64,000 nucleotides of DNA from Cenarchaeum sp. (GTDB taxonomy: Archaea; Thermoproteota; Nitrososphaeria; Nitrososphaerales; Nitrosopumilaceae): positions 320,001-384,000 of the forward strand of contig OZ243037.1 of the NCBI GenBank assembly GCA_965212015.1, in the 5' to 3' direction. Position numbers and translations under genes: made by a program. Shown piece by piece: positions 47,439 to 57,798 of the stretch. The notes under the pieces were generated by a model that did no database searches, was not told where the DNA came from, and saw only the letters and a list, made by a program, of their open reading frames with translations. Numbering within the stretch: position 1 is the first letter of the stretch; every line of letters begins with the position of its first letter.

Positions 47439-48827
47439 TTGGCACAAGTTTTTCACGAGATTGAAAAAAAAATCATCGGTGCGCTGCGGGAAAAAAACGG
47501 CCAGGGCCTGCAGGAATTGGAATCAACAACCGGCCTCCTGCCGGATCAGCTGAGGCGGGGAATGGAATGGCTGAGGCTAAAGAACCTGGCATCTGTGAAA
47601 GAATCCCGGCAGACGCACATATCGCTTGGAAAAAACGGCCTTTATGCCCTGTTAAACGGCCTGCCAGAGCGCCAGCTGCTTGATCTGCTCGCAGACGGCC
47701 CAAGACCGGTACTAGAGCTGCAAGAAAAGCTAAAACACCTTTTCGGGCCGGCGATGGGAATCGCAAAAAGGAACAACTGGATTTCCGGCAAGGAGACCGT
47801 ATCGCGGACTGGTGTGAATCCCGCGCTGCCCGAGGAGGCACTCATCAGACAAATAGGCCGCATCAGGATTCCAAAATCAGAGCTGGGCGACCAGGACACG
47901 CTTGCGCTGCTTGGAAAAAGGCCGGATTTTGTAGTCGAAGAGACGGCAAAGTCAGTCACAGTCAGCCTGTTGGACCCGGCACTCAAAGTCGGCGCCGGTG
48001 CGTCCGATTCTGCAATCGACGTGGAGGCCGACGTGCCTGCGGCATACATTGCAAGGACCAACCCGCTGAGCGACACAATCAGGGAGATACGCGAAATCTT
48101 TGTCACGCTCGGGTTCTCAGAGATAGCAGGAAATCTTTCCCAGTCCAGCTTTTGGAACTTTGATGCGCTCTTTACGCCGCAGGACCACCCGGCGCGCGAG
48201 ATGCACGACACGTTTTACCTCGACGGCATACGCTCAGAGCGGTTTGCCACGGCGCAGCAGATGCGCCAGGTGTCTCAGTCCCACAGGAAAAACTGGGGGC
48301 AGGACTGGAGTGCCGCGCAGGCAAGGCGGACTGTTCTGCGGACCCACACCACGTGCGTCACGATAAGGCATCTTGCGCAAAACAGGCCAGACGAGGCCAG
48401 GGTCTTTTCGCTGGGACGCGTGTTCAGGAACGAAAAGGCAAGCTACAAGCACCTAGTCGAGTTCAACCAGGTCGAGGGAATAGTCACCGGCGCAGACGCC
48501 ACGCTGCGCGAACTGATGGGAATCCAGCTAGAGTTCTATCGCAGAATCGGCCTCGAGAGGGTAAAGTTCTGGCCCACGTTTTTTCCGTACACCGAGCCGT
48601 CGCTGCAGACCATGGTGTACAACCAGAGGCTCAAAAAGTGGGTGGAGCTCTTTGGGATGGGGATATTCCGGCCGGAGGTCACAAGACCGCTGGGAATAAG
48701 CAGGCCCGTCCTGGCATGGGGCGGCGGCATTGAGAGAATCGCCATGATAAAGTACGGCATTGACGACGTAAGGGAGTTTTACAATAACGATCTCAAGTGG
48801 ATGAGGGGTGCGGCAAAATGCCAGTAG
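47439..48827 (+). CDS. pheS: Phenylalanyl-tRNA synthetase alpha subunit
   Basis: FWNFDALFTPQDHPAREMHDTF, LRTHTT, FFPYTEPS, GMGIFRPE. Confidence 0.97.
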   Translation: MAQVFHEIEKKIIGALREKNGQGLQELESTTGLLPDQLRRGMEWLRLKNLASVKESRQTHISLGKNGLYALLNGLPERQLLDLLADGPRPVLELQEKLKHLFGPAMGIAKRNNWISGKETVSRTGVNPALPEEALIRQIGRIRIPKSELGDQDTLALLGKRPDFVVEETAKSVTVSLLDPALKVGAGASDSAIDVEADVPAAYIARTNPLSDTIREIREIFVTLGFSEIAGNLSQSSFWNFDALFTPQDHPAREMHDTFYLDGIRSERFATAQQMRQVSQSHRKNWGQDWSAAQARRTVLRTHTTCVTIRHLAQNRPDEARVFSLGRVFRNEKASYKHLVEFNQVEGIVTGADATLRELMGIQLEFYRRIGLERVKFWPTFFPYTEPSLQTMVYNQRLKKWVELFGMGIFRPEVTRPLGISRPVLAWGGGIERIAMIKYGIDDVREFYNNDLKWMRGAAKCQ

Positions 48828-50440
48828 TGGAGCTGGACTATGCCAGGCTGTGCCGGCTTGCCGGCACGAGATCCCGCAAAAAAATCGCCGACGCGCTTCC
48901 CTACCTGGGACTCGACATCGAAGGCGTGATCAAAGGCGGGGTAAAAGTCGAGTACAGCCCCAACCGTCCGGACTATTCCACAGACTATGGGATTGCCAAC
49001 GGGCTGCAGGGTATTATGGGGCTCAAAAGGGGCATGATCCGGCAGCGCCTCAAAAATTCAGGATACTCGCTCAGGGCAGATCCCGCCGTGTCGCCCATAC
49101 GGCCCTTTGTGAGTGCCGTCGCCGCAAGAAACGGAGTCATTGACAGTCACGCGCTAGGACAGTTAATCGCAATGCAGGAGGATTTGCATTCCGGCATAGG
49201 ACGGGGGCGCAAAAAATCATCGATGGGAATCCACGACATGGACAAAATCTCGTTTCCCGTAAGGTATACCGTTGCAGACAAAAGCCACAGGTTTGTTCCG
49301 CTTGGCTCAGAAACCGAACAGCCGGTGGGCGAGATTCTTGCAGGCTCCAAGGTCGGAAGGGAATACGGCCACATACTTGGCGATTCCGGCCTGGTTCCAC
49401 TGATCGTGGACTCGGACGGCAGCACGGTGTCGCTTCCGCCAATAATCAACGCCGCATCCACCAGGGTCACCACCAATACCACGAACCTCCTAGTGGAGGT
49501 CACCGGAACCGGCAGGGACGACGTCGAAGACGCCCTGTCCGTGACTGCTATGATTCTGCAAAGCGCCGGCTTTGAGATGCATGCGGTAAACATATCGGGG
49601 GCGAAAAACTCGACTCCGCAGCTAAAGCCCAGAAGGGTTGCAATCGGCGCGGATCTGGTGCGCGACACGCTGGGCCTTGATCTGTCCGCCGGCCAGATAG
49701 CGACGGCCCTCAGAAAATGCAGGCTGGATGCGTCAGTAAGCGGCAAAAGCGTACGGTGTATGGTGCCGCGGTACCGCTTTGACATATTTGGATCCATGGA
49801 CCTAGTCGAGGAAGTCGCGCTGGGATACGGCATACAGAACATTTTGCCCGCACGGCTGCTGCCGCAGGCACCGGGCCGGAGACACCGCCCCTCCGTACTG
49901 CTAGACGGGATTGCGTCGGTAATGACCAAGCTCGGATACATGGAGGCGCTCAACTCCGGCCTGACTAGCAGGCGCCTCCTGTACGAGAGCACCATGCGGG
50001 ATCCCGCAAAAAACATCACAGTTGCAGATTCCAAGAGCTCAGAGCACACGGTCCTGCGGGACTCGCTTCTGCCCGGCCTGCTTGGGAACCTGGCAAAAAA
50101 CATACACGAGCAGTACCCGCAAAAGCTCTTTGAGACCGGGACCGTCTTTGGCAGGGCCCGCAGCATCACAGAAGAGACACGCCTTTGCGCGGCAAGCTCC
50201 CACGGCGGCGCAAGCTATAGCGAGGCAAAATCGGTCCTGCAGGCACTGGCGGGATCCATATACGGCATGACGTGCACTACGAGGGCCGCCGATTACCCGG
50301 TCTTTGAAAAGGGCCGCGCAGCACTGGTGCTGCTCGACGAAAGGCCAGTCGGCGTCATCGGGGAGGTCGACTCATCAGTCAGGGCCAATTTCAAGCTGCG
50401 CGAGCCTGCGTCATGCTTTGAGATAACGGTGTCCGCATGA
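48818..50440 (+). CDS. pheT: Phenylalanyl-tRNA synthetase beta subunit
   Basis: EYSPNRPD, QEDLH, PPIIN, DLVEEVALGYG. Confidence 0.96.
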   Translation: MPVVELDYARLCRLAGTRSRKKIADALPYLGLDIEGVIKGGVKVEYSPNRPDYSTDYGIANGLQGIMGLKRGMIRQRLKNSGYSLRADPAVSPIRPFVSAVAARNGVIDSHALGQLIAMQEDLHSGIGRGRKKSSMGIHDMDKISFPVRYTVADKSHRFVPLGSETEQPVGEILAGSKVGREYGHILGDSGLVPLIVDSDGSTVSLPPIINAASTRVTTNTTNLLVEVTGTGRDDVEDALSVTAMILQSAGFEMHAVNISGAKNSTPQLKPRRVAIGADLVRDTLGLDLSAGQIATALRKCRLDASVSGKSVRCMVPRYRFDIFGSMDLVEEVALGYGIQNILPARLLPQAPGRRHRPSVLLDGIASVMTKLGYMEALNSGLTSRRLLYESTMRDPAKNITVADSKSSEHTVLRDSLLPGLLGNLAKNIHEQYPQKLFETGTVFGRARSITEETRLCAASSHGGASYSEAKSVLQALAGSIYGMTCTTRAADYPVFEKGRAALVLLDERPVGVIGEVDSSVRANFKLREPASCFEITVSA

Positions 50441-50579
50441 GCTGATCGGCGCCGGCATGGCGGATTCGGAAAAACGGCGCATGCGCGGTTTTTTGCGCAG
50501 GACGCTTTGTGCCCGATGGTCTAGTTAATATTTGACTTTGCACGACGAGATGTGCCTCAAGAGCAAGCATGCAGACGGA

Positions 50580-50720
50580 TCAGGATGATGTTGATCGTAG
50601 TGATGCCGGTGATTTCTGATTCACCCAGGCGTGTTACATTATGGGGCACCCCGGTTTCAGAACCCAGGGAGGTATTGGCTAAAACACCAATGAGCTTGTG
50701 CGAGTCAGAACCGGGGGACA
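50580..50720 (+). ncRNA. Candidate C/D-like segment followed by an H/ACA-like hairpin
   Basis: ATGATG...TGATG...CTGA (50585-50619); CCCCGGTT...attgg/ccaat...AACCGGGG-g-ACA (50649-50720); TATA-like gttaatat at about 50524. Confidence 0.35.
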
Positions 50721-50821
50721 TGTCATTCTGCGGCAGGCCTGCCCGAGGCGATAAAAACCATCCCGTGGGTTTACAATGTTGCATTATTTTGGTATAATAA
50801 TGCGCAGGTGGATGGCATTAT

Positions 50822-51007
50822 ATGAACAGATCGGCGTGGTGGTTTGTGCTTCCGATCGCCTTTGGCATCCTGGGATCCGCAATAGCATGGTCAAAGATCA
50901 GACACGACGATCCGGAGCTTGTAAAGTGGATAATGATATTTGGCGCCGTAAAGTCAGTCTGCGATGCGGTGGGCATAGTACATCTGGGCTCCGTCCTTGG
51001 CGCATGA
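50822..51007 (+). CDS. Small membrane protein
   Basis: RSAWWFVLPIAFGILGSAIAW...RHDDP, two hydrophobic segments. Confidence 0.65.
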   Translation: MNRSAWWFVLPIAFGILGSAIAWSKIRHDDPELVKWIMIFGAVKSVCDAVGIVHLGSVLGA

Positions 51008-51095
51008 GATCCCGCTGCCGGAGGGAGGGGCCACGGCCAAATGCCGCACACGGGCAAACAAAAACTAGATTAAATGACTGCCATACTGTCCCTTC

Positions 51096-51383
51096 ATGGA
51101 CAGGATAGACTATGAGGGGACAGTCTGGGCCATCAACCACAACAATCCGGAGCTCCTGGTGGAGCACTCGGTAAAGAAGCTCCAGGACTATGGGGTCCGA
51201 AAGGAGGACATAACCCTCACCGACGCGCCTGAAAACATCAAAATAGGCGCCATTGTAGTCGAGATTTGGCCGCATCACCTCGACATAACGAGGGTAAGGA
51301 CGATTAGAAACGAGTCATTCATCAGCGGAACGGTCATGACCATACCGCTCAAGACCGATGAGCACGGCAAATACGTGGATTGA
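51096..51383 (+). CDS. Conserved hypothetical protein
   Basis: 95-aa ORF with TATA-like attaaat upstream. Confidence 0.7.
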   Translation: MDRIDYEGTVWAINHNNPELLVEHSVKKLQDYGVRKEDITLTDAPENIKIGAIVVEIWPHHLDITRVRTIRNESFISGTVMTIPLKTDEHGKYVD

Positions 51384-51424
51384 TTATCTTAATATAGGCA
51401 TTATTTTGTTCCAAGTTCAGTAAC

Positions 51425-51622
51425 ATGGAACAAGGTACCGTAAAATGGTTCAACCGCACCAAAGGCTTTGGTTTTATTGAAAGGGAATCCGGCGATGATT
51501 TGTTTGTACACAAAACAAACGTGGATGGCTTTTTGAGAGAAGGCGACAAAGTCGAGTTTGAAGTCGGTGAAGGCCCAAAAGGTCCCAACGCTGTCAATGT
51601 AAAAAAGACAGAACAGGAATAA
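51425..51622 (+). CDS. Cold-shock protein
   Basis: [28 protein letters not shown]. Confidence 0.97.
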   Translation: MEQGTVKWFNRTKGFGFIERESGDDLFVHKTNVDGFLREGDKVEFEVGEGPKGPNAVNVKKTEQE

Positions 51623-51705
51623 TTAGTTTGGGATCACGCAAGTTTTCTTGAATTATAAAACCTCTTTTTTATCTATTTTTCTGGGATTACCCGTCTGGCG
51701 GCGCG

Positions 51706-51919
51706 CCTGTCACGCCAAGGGCCGCCGTGCGGACTATCCCGGCAAGCTTGTCTGAGAGCACCGCCGGCTCAAACTCTGTCCTGCGCGAGAATCCCTGCAA
51801 TTATGCCGTATGCGCCAAACGTGAGGTGCGCGTCTTGCCTGCGGGATGCGGCACATCTCCCCGAGGGCGTGTTCCTCGGCGCCAAGATCACAGTTAAGCA
51901 GGACATATCCGGCACGCAC
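51706..51919 (-). pseudogene. Frameshifted Lrp/AsnC ligand-binding-domain gene
   Basis: VRAGYVLLNCDLGAEE...IPQ, then a frameshift to DAHLTFGAYGIIA and a premature stop. Confidence 0.7.
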
Positions 51920-51966
51920 GCCTCCCGTCTGCAATTGTGTGCCTTTAGGGTTTTCAGCGCGCCGCG

Positions 51967-53271
51967 CTACCAGCGGCTTCGCAGGCCATAATAGTTCTGC
52001 GAGCCGGACCGCCTGTGGTCGCCCTTCTTTTTTCTGCCAAACCTGTCGTCCCTTGAATCCCTTCTCTGTCTGGTCTGCCTTCTCTGTCCCATCCTCGATG
52101 ACGCACCGTATCTTCTTGACGGAACCTGCCTCTTTAGGGGATCAGGAATGTGCACCTCTATTCCCATCTCCTTGTTCAGGTCCATCAGATCGGCCTTGAT
52201 CTGCTTTTTGATTATGTTAAAGTCCGGAACGGACGAATACGAGACAAGCGTGATTGCGCGGCCCTTTGCCCCCGCCCTTGCCGTCCTGCCTATCCTGTGA
52301 AAGTACACCATCTCTTGGTTTGGAACGTCATAGTTAATCACAAGCGCCACGCGCGGCACGTCTATTCCCCTGGCCGCAACGTCCGTGGCGACCAGGATTT
52401 CCGCCTTTCCGGTCCTAAAGCGCGACATTGACTGCTCCCTGCGGTGCTGCGACATGTCCCCCTCGATTGCCACCGTGTTGAACTTGCTTTTTTGCAGGAT
52501 TTTTGCCACGTCCCTGGTCCTGTGTTTTGTGGAGCAAAACACGATGGACTGGCCCTTTTTGTTCTGTTTTATAAAATCAATTACGTGGGGTATCTTTTCT
52601 CTGTCCTTGATGACCAGATACGCCTGATCGATTCCCTCTCCGCTTAGGTCGTCGGCATCAAGCAGGAACTGCTTTGGGTTTTTCAGGTACTCCTCGGACA
52701 GGCGCAGGATCTCAGTTGGCATTGTGGCAGAGAACAGCGACATTACCTTTTCGTCCGGCGTCAGGTTCAGGATGAACTCAATGTCGGATATGAATCCCAT
52801 GTCCAGCATCGTGTCGGCCTCGTCGAGCACCACGTGGGTGATGTCCTTTAGGTCTATCGAGCCGCGCTTTATGTGATCAATCAGCCTTCCAGGAGTCGCA
52901 ACCAGGATTTCGACGCCCCTTGCCAGGGCGGACAGCTGCACGCCCATTCCCTGGCCCCCGTAGATTGTGGCGCACTTTATGTCCGTATATTTTGCAAATT
53001 TCCTCACCTCATTGGTAATCTGCACTGCAAGCTCCCGCGTAGGCGCCAGGATCAGGCCCTGGATTCCATCCCCGGCACTAAGCGTCTGGAGCATCGAGAT
53101 CGAATACGCGGCAGTCTTTCCGGTTCCGGTGTGTGCCTGCCCTATGACGTCCCTGCCGGTAAGCAGTACCGGAATTGCAGCAGTCTGGATGGGAAACGGC
53201 GTGTCAAAACCCAGATGCCCTATCGCGTCTAGTAGCGACTGTTTTATTCCCAATTCTTTAAACGTTGTCAT
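51967..53271 (-). CDS. DEAD-box RNA helicase
   Basis: AHTGTGKT, PTRELA, DEAD, SAT, ARGID, HRIGRTAR; basic RS-rich tail. Confidence 0.97.
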   Translation of the reverse strand: MTTFKELGIKQSLLDAIGHLGFDTPFPIQTAAIPVLLTGRDVIGQAHTGTGKTAAYSISMLQTLSAGDGIQGLILAPTRELAVQITNEVRKFAKYTDIKCATIYGGQGMGVQLSALARGVEILVATPGRLIDHIKRGSIDLKDITHVVLDEADTMLDMGFISDIEFILNLTPDEKVMSLFSATMPTEILRLSEEYLKNPKQFLLDADDLSGEGIDQAYLVIKDREKIPHVIDFIKQNKKGQSIVFCSTKHRTRDVAKILQKSKFNTVAIEGDMSQHRREQSMSRFRTGKAEILVATDVAARGIDVPRVALVINYDVPNQEMVYFHRIGRTARAGAKGRAITLVSYSSVPDFNIIKKQIKADLMDLNKEMGIEVHIPDPLKRQVPSRRYGASSRMGQRRQTRQRRDSRDDRFGRKKKGDHRRSGSQNYYGLRSRW

Positions 53272-53448
53272 TTTTTTCTTCTCTAGCAATGACAGAAAAG
53301 CTCATTGCCAGTCCGTCATTATTATGTTCAAAATTGCCCTCGGGACACCTAATAAACGCTTGTAGATCGTCACGTGGCGGGCCGCATGCGGGGCAGGCGC
53401 CGGGATTTGCAGGCAATCTGCGCCGCCGGCAGCATGGCACGGATGGGA

Positions 53449-53523
53449 AGCCAATGGAGGGCTTTGAACCCTCGACCTTTCGCTTACAAGGCGAATGCTC
53501 TAGCCAGGCTGAGCTACATTGGC
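53449..53523 (-). tRNA. tRNA-Thr(TGT)
   Basis: GCCAATGTAGCTCAGCCTGGCTAGAGCA TTCGC CT TGT AA GCGAA AGGTCGAGGGTTCAAAGCCCTCCATTGGCT. Confidence 0.96.
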
Positions 53524-53622
53524 ACAAAAAATGATGAAAGCATGGATTGTATAAAGCCTATCTCGGCGGCTTTTCCCAGTACGCCTCAATTTTTATAATG
53601 TTGGTGCGGCGAAAACCCGAGA

Positions 53623-53844
53623 ATGAAGTTCAAGTACATTCCGCCTACAAAACTCAAGGTTCTGACTGGCATGTTTTTTGGCGCCGGCCTGCTTGGAATC
53701 ATTGTGGGCCTCAGCAACGAGGCCTTTATGATGACTGCGTTTGGAAGCGGCCTGCTGTGTATAGGCGGCCTGACCGGATGGATGCTGTTGACGCAGGATC
53801 CAAAGCTGCGCGACAGGCGCAAGAAAAAGAGAGGCGACGACTAG
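53623..53844 (+). CDS. Small two-TM membrane protein
   Basis: Two hydrophobic helices and a basic tail. Confidence 0.7.
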   Translation: MKFKYIPPTKLKVLTGMFFGAGLLGIIVGLSNEAFMMTAFGSGLLCIGGLTGWMLLTQDPKLRDRRKKKRGDD

Positions 53845-53983
53845 GTCTCTGTCGCAAAACGCATCGCATGGTTTGCCCTTTCTGTCACGGATGTACTTGG
53901 GGAATGCGCCAAACCGCAGATTACAGGACGCCCCGTAGGCCTGATTAAAACATAAATAATTAGGCATTTTAGGGACTAGCGAT

Positions 53984-54535
53984 TTGCTGGATCTTGTAGC
54001 CAAAAAGCTGTTTTTGACAAAGGGAAAGGGGGTGCACGAGGACAAGCTGACCAGCTTTGAATACGCCCTGCGTGACGCAGGAATAGCAGGAACAAACCTG
54101 GTTCTGATCTCCAGCATATTTCCGCCCCACGCCAAGCTGGTATCCAAAAAAGAGGGCATGCGGTTAATCCAGCCGGGACAGATCCTCTTTACCATATACT
54201 CCAAAAACCAGACCGACGAGCCGCACAGGCTGATCGCATCATCCGTCGGAATCGCCAGGCCAAAGGATCCCGACCGCTACGGATACCTCTCAGAATACGA
54301 CTCGTTTGGCCAGGCAGAAAAGCAGGCCGGCGACTATGCCGAGGACATTGCAGCGCAGATGCTCGCCTCGTCGCTGGGAATTCCCTTCGACATTGACAAG
54401 AGCTGGGACGAAAAAAGGCAACAGTGGAACATCTCTGGGCAGATCTACAAGACCTCAAACATTACACAGACTGCGATAGGAAACAAGAACGGCGAGTGGA
54501 CCACGGTCTTTGCTGCCGCATGCCTGCTAATCTGA
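53984..54535 (+). CDS. pdaD: Pyruvoyl-dependent arginine decarboxylase
   Basis: SFEYALRDAGI...NLVLISSIFPP (SS cleavage site), YGYLSE. Confidence 0.93.
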   Translation: MLDLVAKKLFLTKGKGVHEDKLTSFEYALRDAGIAGTNLVLISSIFPPHAKLVSKKEGMRLIQPGQILFTIYSKNQTDEPHRLIASSVGIARPKDPDRYGYLSEYDSFGQAEKQAGDYAEDIAAQMLASSLGIPFDIDKSWDEKRQQWNISGQIYKTSNITQTAIGNKNGEWTTVFAAACLLI

Positions 54536-55672
54536 GCCCTTTTTGTATCCCCGCAGGAAAAACACGGCGGCAGCTGCGGCGGCGGCGACTATTGCCGCGA
54601 TTACCACGTATGATTCGCCAGGCAGGGGCTCGCCAGGCGGAGTGTCGGGGTACGGCAAAAGCACAAGATCACCGCTCACAACTGACGTATCTTGGCCAAA
54701 CAGAAATATCAGCTCGCCCTGTCTCTTGTCCTGGTTGTCGACCCATCCGGACTGTGTCAAGTCGGCAGGAATGTTATCGCCGTCTATCTGCGTGGTATCC
54801 ACAAACGGCGGCTGTGCGCCCTGCACCCACTTGTCGCCTAGTACCAGCACCTGAATCAGGGAGTTTAGCGGGTAAAACCCTTGTGAGAAATACTCTGAAC
54901 GATCAAGCCTGTCTGTCCGCAGTAATTCCAGCGGCATTATGGACAGGCCAGAACCCTCCGATTCCGTGTGATAGACGGACGTTTTTAGCTGGTACAACAA
55001 TCCCGATCCGTGCGCAATTATCGAAAAGGTCATTTTTGCGTCATTACCGGCGGAGAGTTTTTTTGCGGCATCATGGTATCCGCCTGATTCCGCAATTACG
55101 TCGGCAAGCAGCAGCGCGGAGAGTTTCTCGTACATAGAGTCAGTCGACTCCATCGGCATCGTATACACAGCCGATACTGTGTTTCTGCCAGAGACTAGCC
55201 CCGACGTGCCAAAGGCCACGTTTGCCTCGTCCCTGTGGTGCAAAAACACCGAATGGTACTGCGCATCAGTGTCCAGCATGCCGTTGATCTCTTTTATGAA
55301 CATGTCCCCTATCCCCCTGACTGCCTCCTGCGTCTCGATTATCCCCTCCCAGTCATCGCTTCTGTTGACGTTTATCATTATACACGACTCGCCAGTCACG
55401 CCCAGTACGCAGCTGTCCTCGTTGGTGACCAGTATCGAGACTATCCTGCCGTTTTGGAGGATTCTGTCCTCGAGCTGCGAGGGGATTTTTATCTCCTGGT
55501 TGCTGGTGCTTTGCAGCGTGATCGACGCACTAGAGTTTGACTGCTGATCCGGGTTTACGATGACCTGCGCTATCTCTTGGAACGTGGCAAGCTGCACCTG
55601 CTGCGCATCTGCGTCCTGCATGCCCATCGCAAACACCACGCATGCGGCCGCCAGGAGTGTTTTTCCTGCCAT
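54527..55672 (-). CDS. Secreted protein with C-terminal membrane anchor
   Basis: Signal peptide; C-terminal TM helix followed by FFLRGYKK. Confidence 0.75.
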   Translation of the reverse strand: MAGKTLLAAACVVFAMGMQDADAQQVQLATFQEIAQVIVNPDQQSNSSASITLQSTSNQEIKIPSQLEDRILQNGRIVSILVTNEDSCVLGVTGESCIMINVNRSDDWEGIIETQEAVRGIGDMFIKEINGMLDTDAQYHSVFLHHRDEANVAFGTSGLVSGRNTVSAVYTMPMESTDSMYEKLSALLLADVIAESGGYHDAAKKLSAGNDAKMTFSIIAHGSGLLYQLKTSVYHTESEGSGLSIMPLELLRTDRLDRSEYFSQGFYPLNSLIQVLVLGDKWVQGAQPPFVDTTQIDGDNIPADLTQSGWVDNQDKRQGELIFLFGQDTSVVSGDLVLLPYPDTPPGEPLPGESYVVIAAIVAAAAAAAVFFLRGYKKGSD

Positions 55673-55835
55673 GATTGGGCGTCTTTTGCGTCAAAGTATT
55701 AAGGTTACCGACGAGCGCGGCCGGGCGGGTTTTAAGGTTTAAATCATGTCTGTTCTGCCATGAATTGACATCGATTCAAACCGATCGGGGAACAAGCTGG
55801 CGGTCCGTGCGTTGGACTGCCAGCCCCATTATTGT

Positions 55836-57620
55836 CTAGCACATCTTTGAGAGGTTTTTGATCTGCCCCAGTATGTGGTCAAATCCGTCCTGCCAGAACC
55901 CCTCGGATGTAATGTCCATTCCGTGCTCTGCGAGCAGGACCTCTGGTTTTTTGGAGCCTCCCGCAGACAGTATGTCCATGTATGCCGGGACAAAACCATC
56001 CCCCTCCTTTTTGTACCTCTGAAACAGCGAAAGCGCAAGAAGGTTTCCAAACGAGTACGCATAGCAGTAAAACGGCGTATGGTAGAAATGCGGGATGCAC
56101 AGCCATTCTGAGCCAAAATCCTCGGTGACCTTGACTGACCCGCCAAACTGCTCCCGGAGGCTCCCAAGATACGTTCCGGATATCTCGTCGACTGTGGCAG
56201 TGTCCGCTATTTGATCGTGTGCGGCCGCCTCAAAGACTGTAAAATACGACTGTCTCATTATGGTGGCGTAAAAATCGTCGATTTTTTCAGAAAGCATTGC
56301 GCGCCTTTGTCCCTGCGTGGCCCCCTCAGAAATGCTGTCATATAGTAGCAGCTCCGAAAAAGTCGACGCAGTCTCTGCAAGCGGCAGCGGCGCGTCTTGT
56401 ACGAGTATTGACTTTTTGGAGGCGGCAATGCTGTGAACTGCGTGGCCCAGCTCGTGGGCCAGCGTGAATACGTCCCGGGACTTGCCGGTGAAATTTACCA
56501 GGACGTACGGCGTAATGTCCGGCGCCAGCGTGCTGCAAAACGCGCCGTCCCTTTTTCCGGCCCGCGGGGCAGAATCGACGTGGTTCTGCTCAAAGACGGT
56601 CTTTGCATACCCGGAGAGCAGCGGGCTGAACCCGCGTAACGCGTCGAGCACCATGCGCACAGACTGGTCGTACCGGTAGTCTTTTTTCCCGGCCCCTGCA
56701 GCCGGCGCATACAGGTCGTATCTTTGCAGTTTTTTGAGCCCCAGGTTCTTTGCCTTTAGCCTGAAAAACCTCTGAAACATGCCGGCGTTTTTCCTGCAGA
56801 CGCCTAGCAGCGAGCGCACGGTCTTGTCATCTATGTCGTTTCCGATGTTTCGTATGGATATCGGCGACTCGTACCGGCGGATATCCACGCCCTCGTCCCT
56901 CCAGTTGATGACCAGATTCTGGTAGATCTCGCCTAGCACGCCCTTGTTTGAGTGGAACTTGCCCAAAAGCGACCTGTACGCGTCCCTCCTGGTCCTGGCG
57001 CTGCCGCTGCGGACATGCGACGCAATCTCTTCTCTTGACATCCTTTTTTTTGCGCCGGGTTTCATCACGTACTCAAAAGAGTTGGTAATCTTGTCGTACA
57101 GCTTTACCAGTGCAGAGGCCCCCGTGACCTCAAGCGTGTTGATTATCCTCTCCTCGGACTCGGCAAGCGAGTATTTGGCGACGAGCCGCTTGTGCAAAAG
57201 ATAGTTCTTCAGGTCTCCGGATTCCCCCATCAGCCTCCGGGCGTTTGCCCCGTCTATCCCCGTCTTCCACCACAGCTCAAAAAACAGCATCTCGTTTGAG
57301 GCACGCGCGCCAAGCTTGCTCATGCGGGTCACCAGCGACGTGGCCGCATCGGACTGGGTGTCTGCCGCATATCCCAGCGCTGCAAAGCCGCCTATTGCGC
57401 TGATCCTCCTGTAGACGTCCTCCAGCTCCGAGAGCATCCCCCGGAACCGCCTCGGGCTCATTTTTGGATCAAGTGCCGCCTTGATTCTCTGGAATTTTTT
57501 TACACGCCCCTGCACGTCTTTTACCTGCTCTTCGAATTCCGGGCCCCCGGGTTCGCATGCCAGCTCTGTCAAATCCCACCCGCCCAGACGGTATTGCCGC
57601 ATCCACCTGTCTGTCAGCAC
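55836..57620 (-). CDS. pepF: M3-family oligoendopeptidase F
   Basis: GKRDGAFC, LAHELGHAVH, AETASTFSE, PHFYHTPFYCYAY. Confidence 0.93.
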   Translation of the reverse strand: MLTDRWMRQYRLGGWDLTELACEPGGPEFEEQVKDVQGRVKKFQRIKAALDPKMSPRRFRGMLSELEDVYRRISAIGGFAALGYAADTQSDAATSLVTRMSKLGARASNEMLFFELWWKTGIDGANARRLMGESGDLKNYLLHKRLVAKYSLAESEERIINTLEVTGASALVKLYDKITNSFEYVMKPGAKKRMSREEIASHVRSGSARTRRDAYRSLLGKFHSNKGVLGEIYQNLVINWRDEGVDIRRYESPISIRNIGNDIDDKTVRSLLGVCRKNAGMFQRFFRLKAKNLGLKKLQRYDLYAPAAGAGKKDYRYDQSVRMVLDALRGFSPLLSGYAKTVFEQNHVDSAPRAGKRDGAFCSTLAPDITPYVLVNFTGKSRDVFTLAHELGHAVHSIAASKKSILVQDAPLPLAETASTFSELLLYDSISEGATQGQRRAMLSEKIDDFYATIMRQSYFTVFEAAAHDQIADTATVDEISGTYLGSLREQFGGSVKVTEDFGSEWLCIPHFYHTPFYCYAYSFGNLLALSLFQRYKKEGDGFVPAYMDILSAGGSKKPEVLLAEHGMDITSEGFWQDGFDHILGQIKNLSKMC

Positions 57621-57798
57621 ACTATTAAAATATCCATGGTATTTGCCGCATGCGGCGCCATTTCATGTGGCAGCGTCGCGGCGTCTCACGCCGCATTGGA
57701 TGCGCGCCGGCATCCGGCCGGAGCCTGCCAGGTCCCGCCTTGTGCCTGCACCGAAGGCACGGTTTTTGTTAGTTTAGTCTAATTTTCACATTGTTTAA

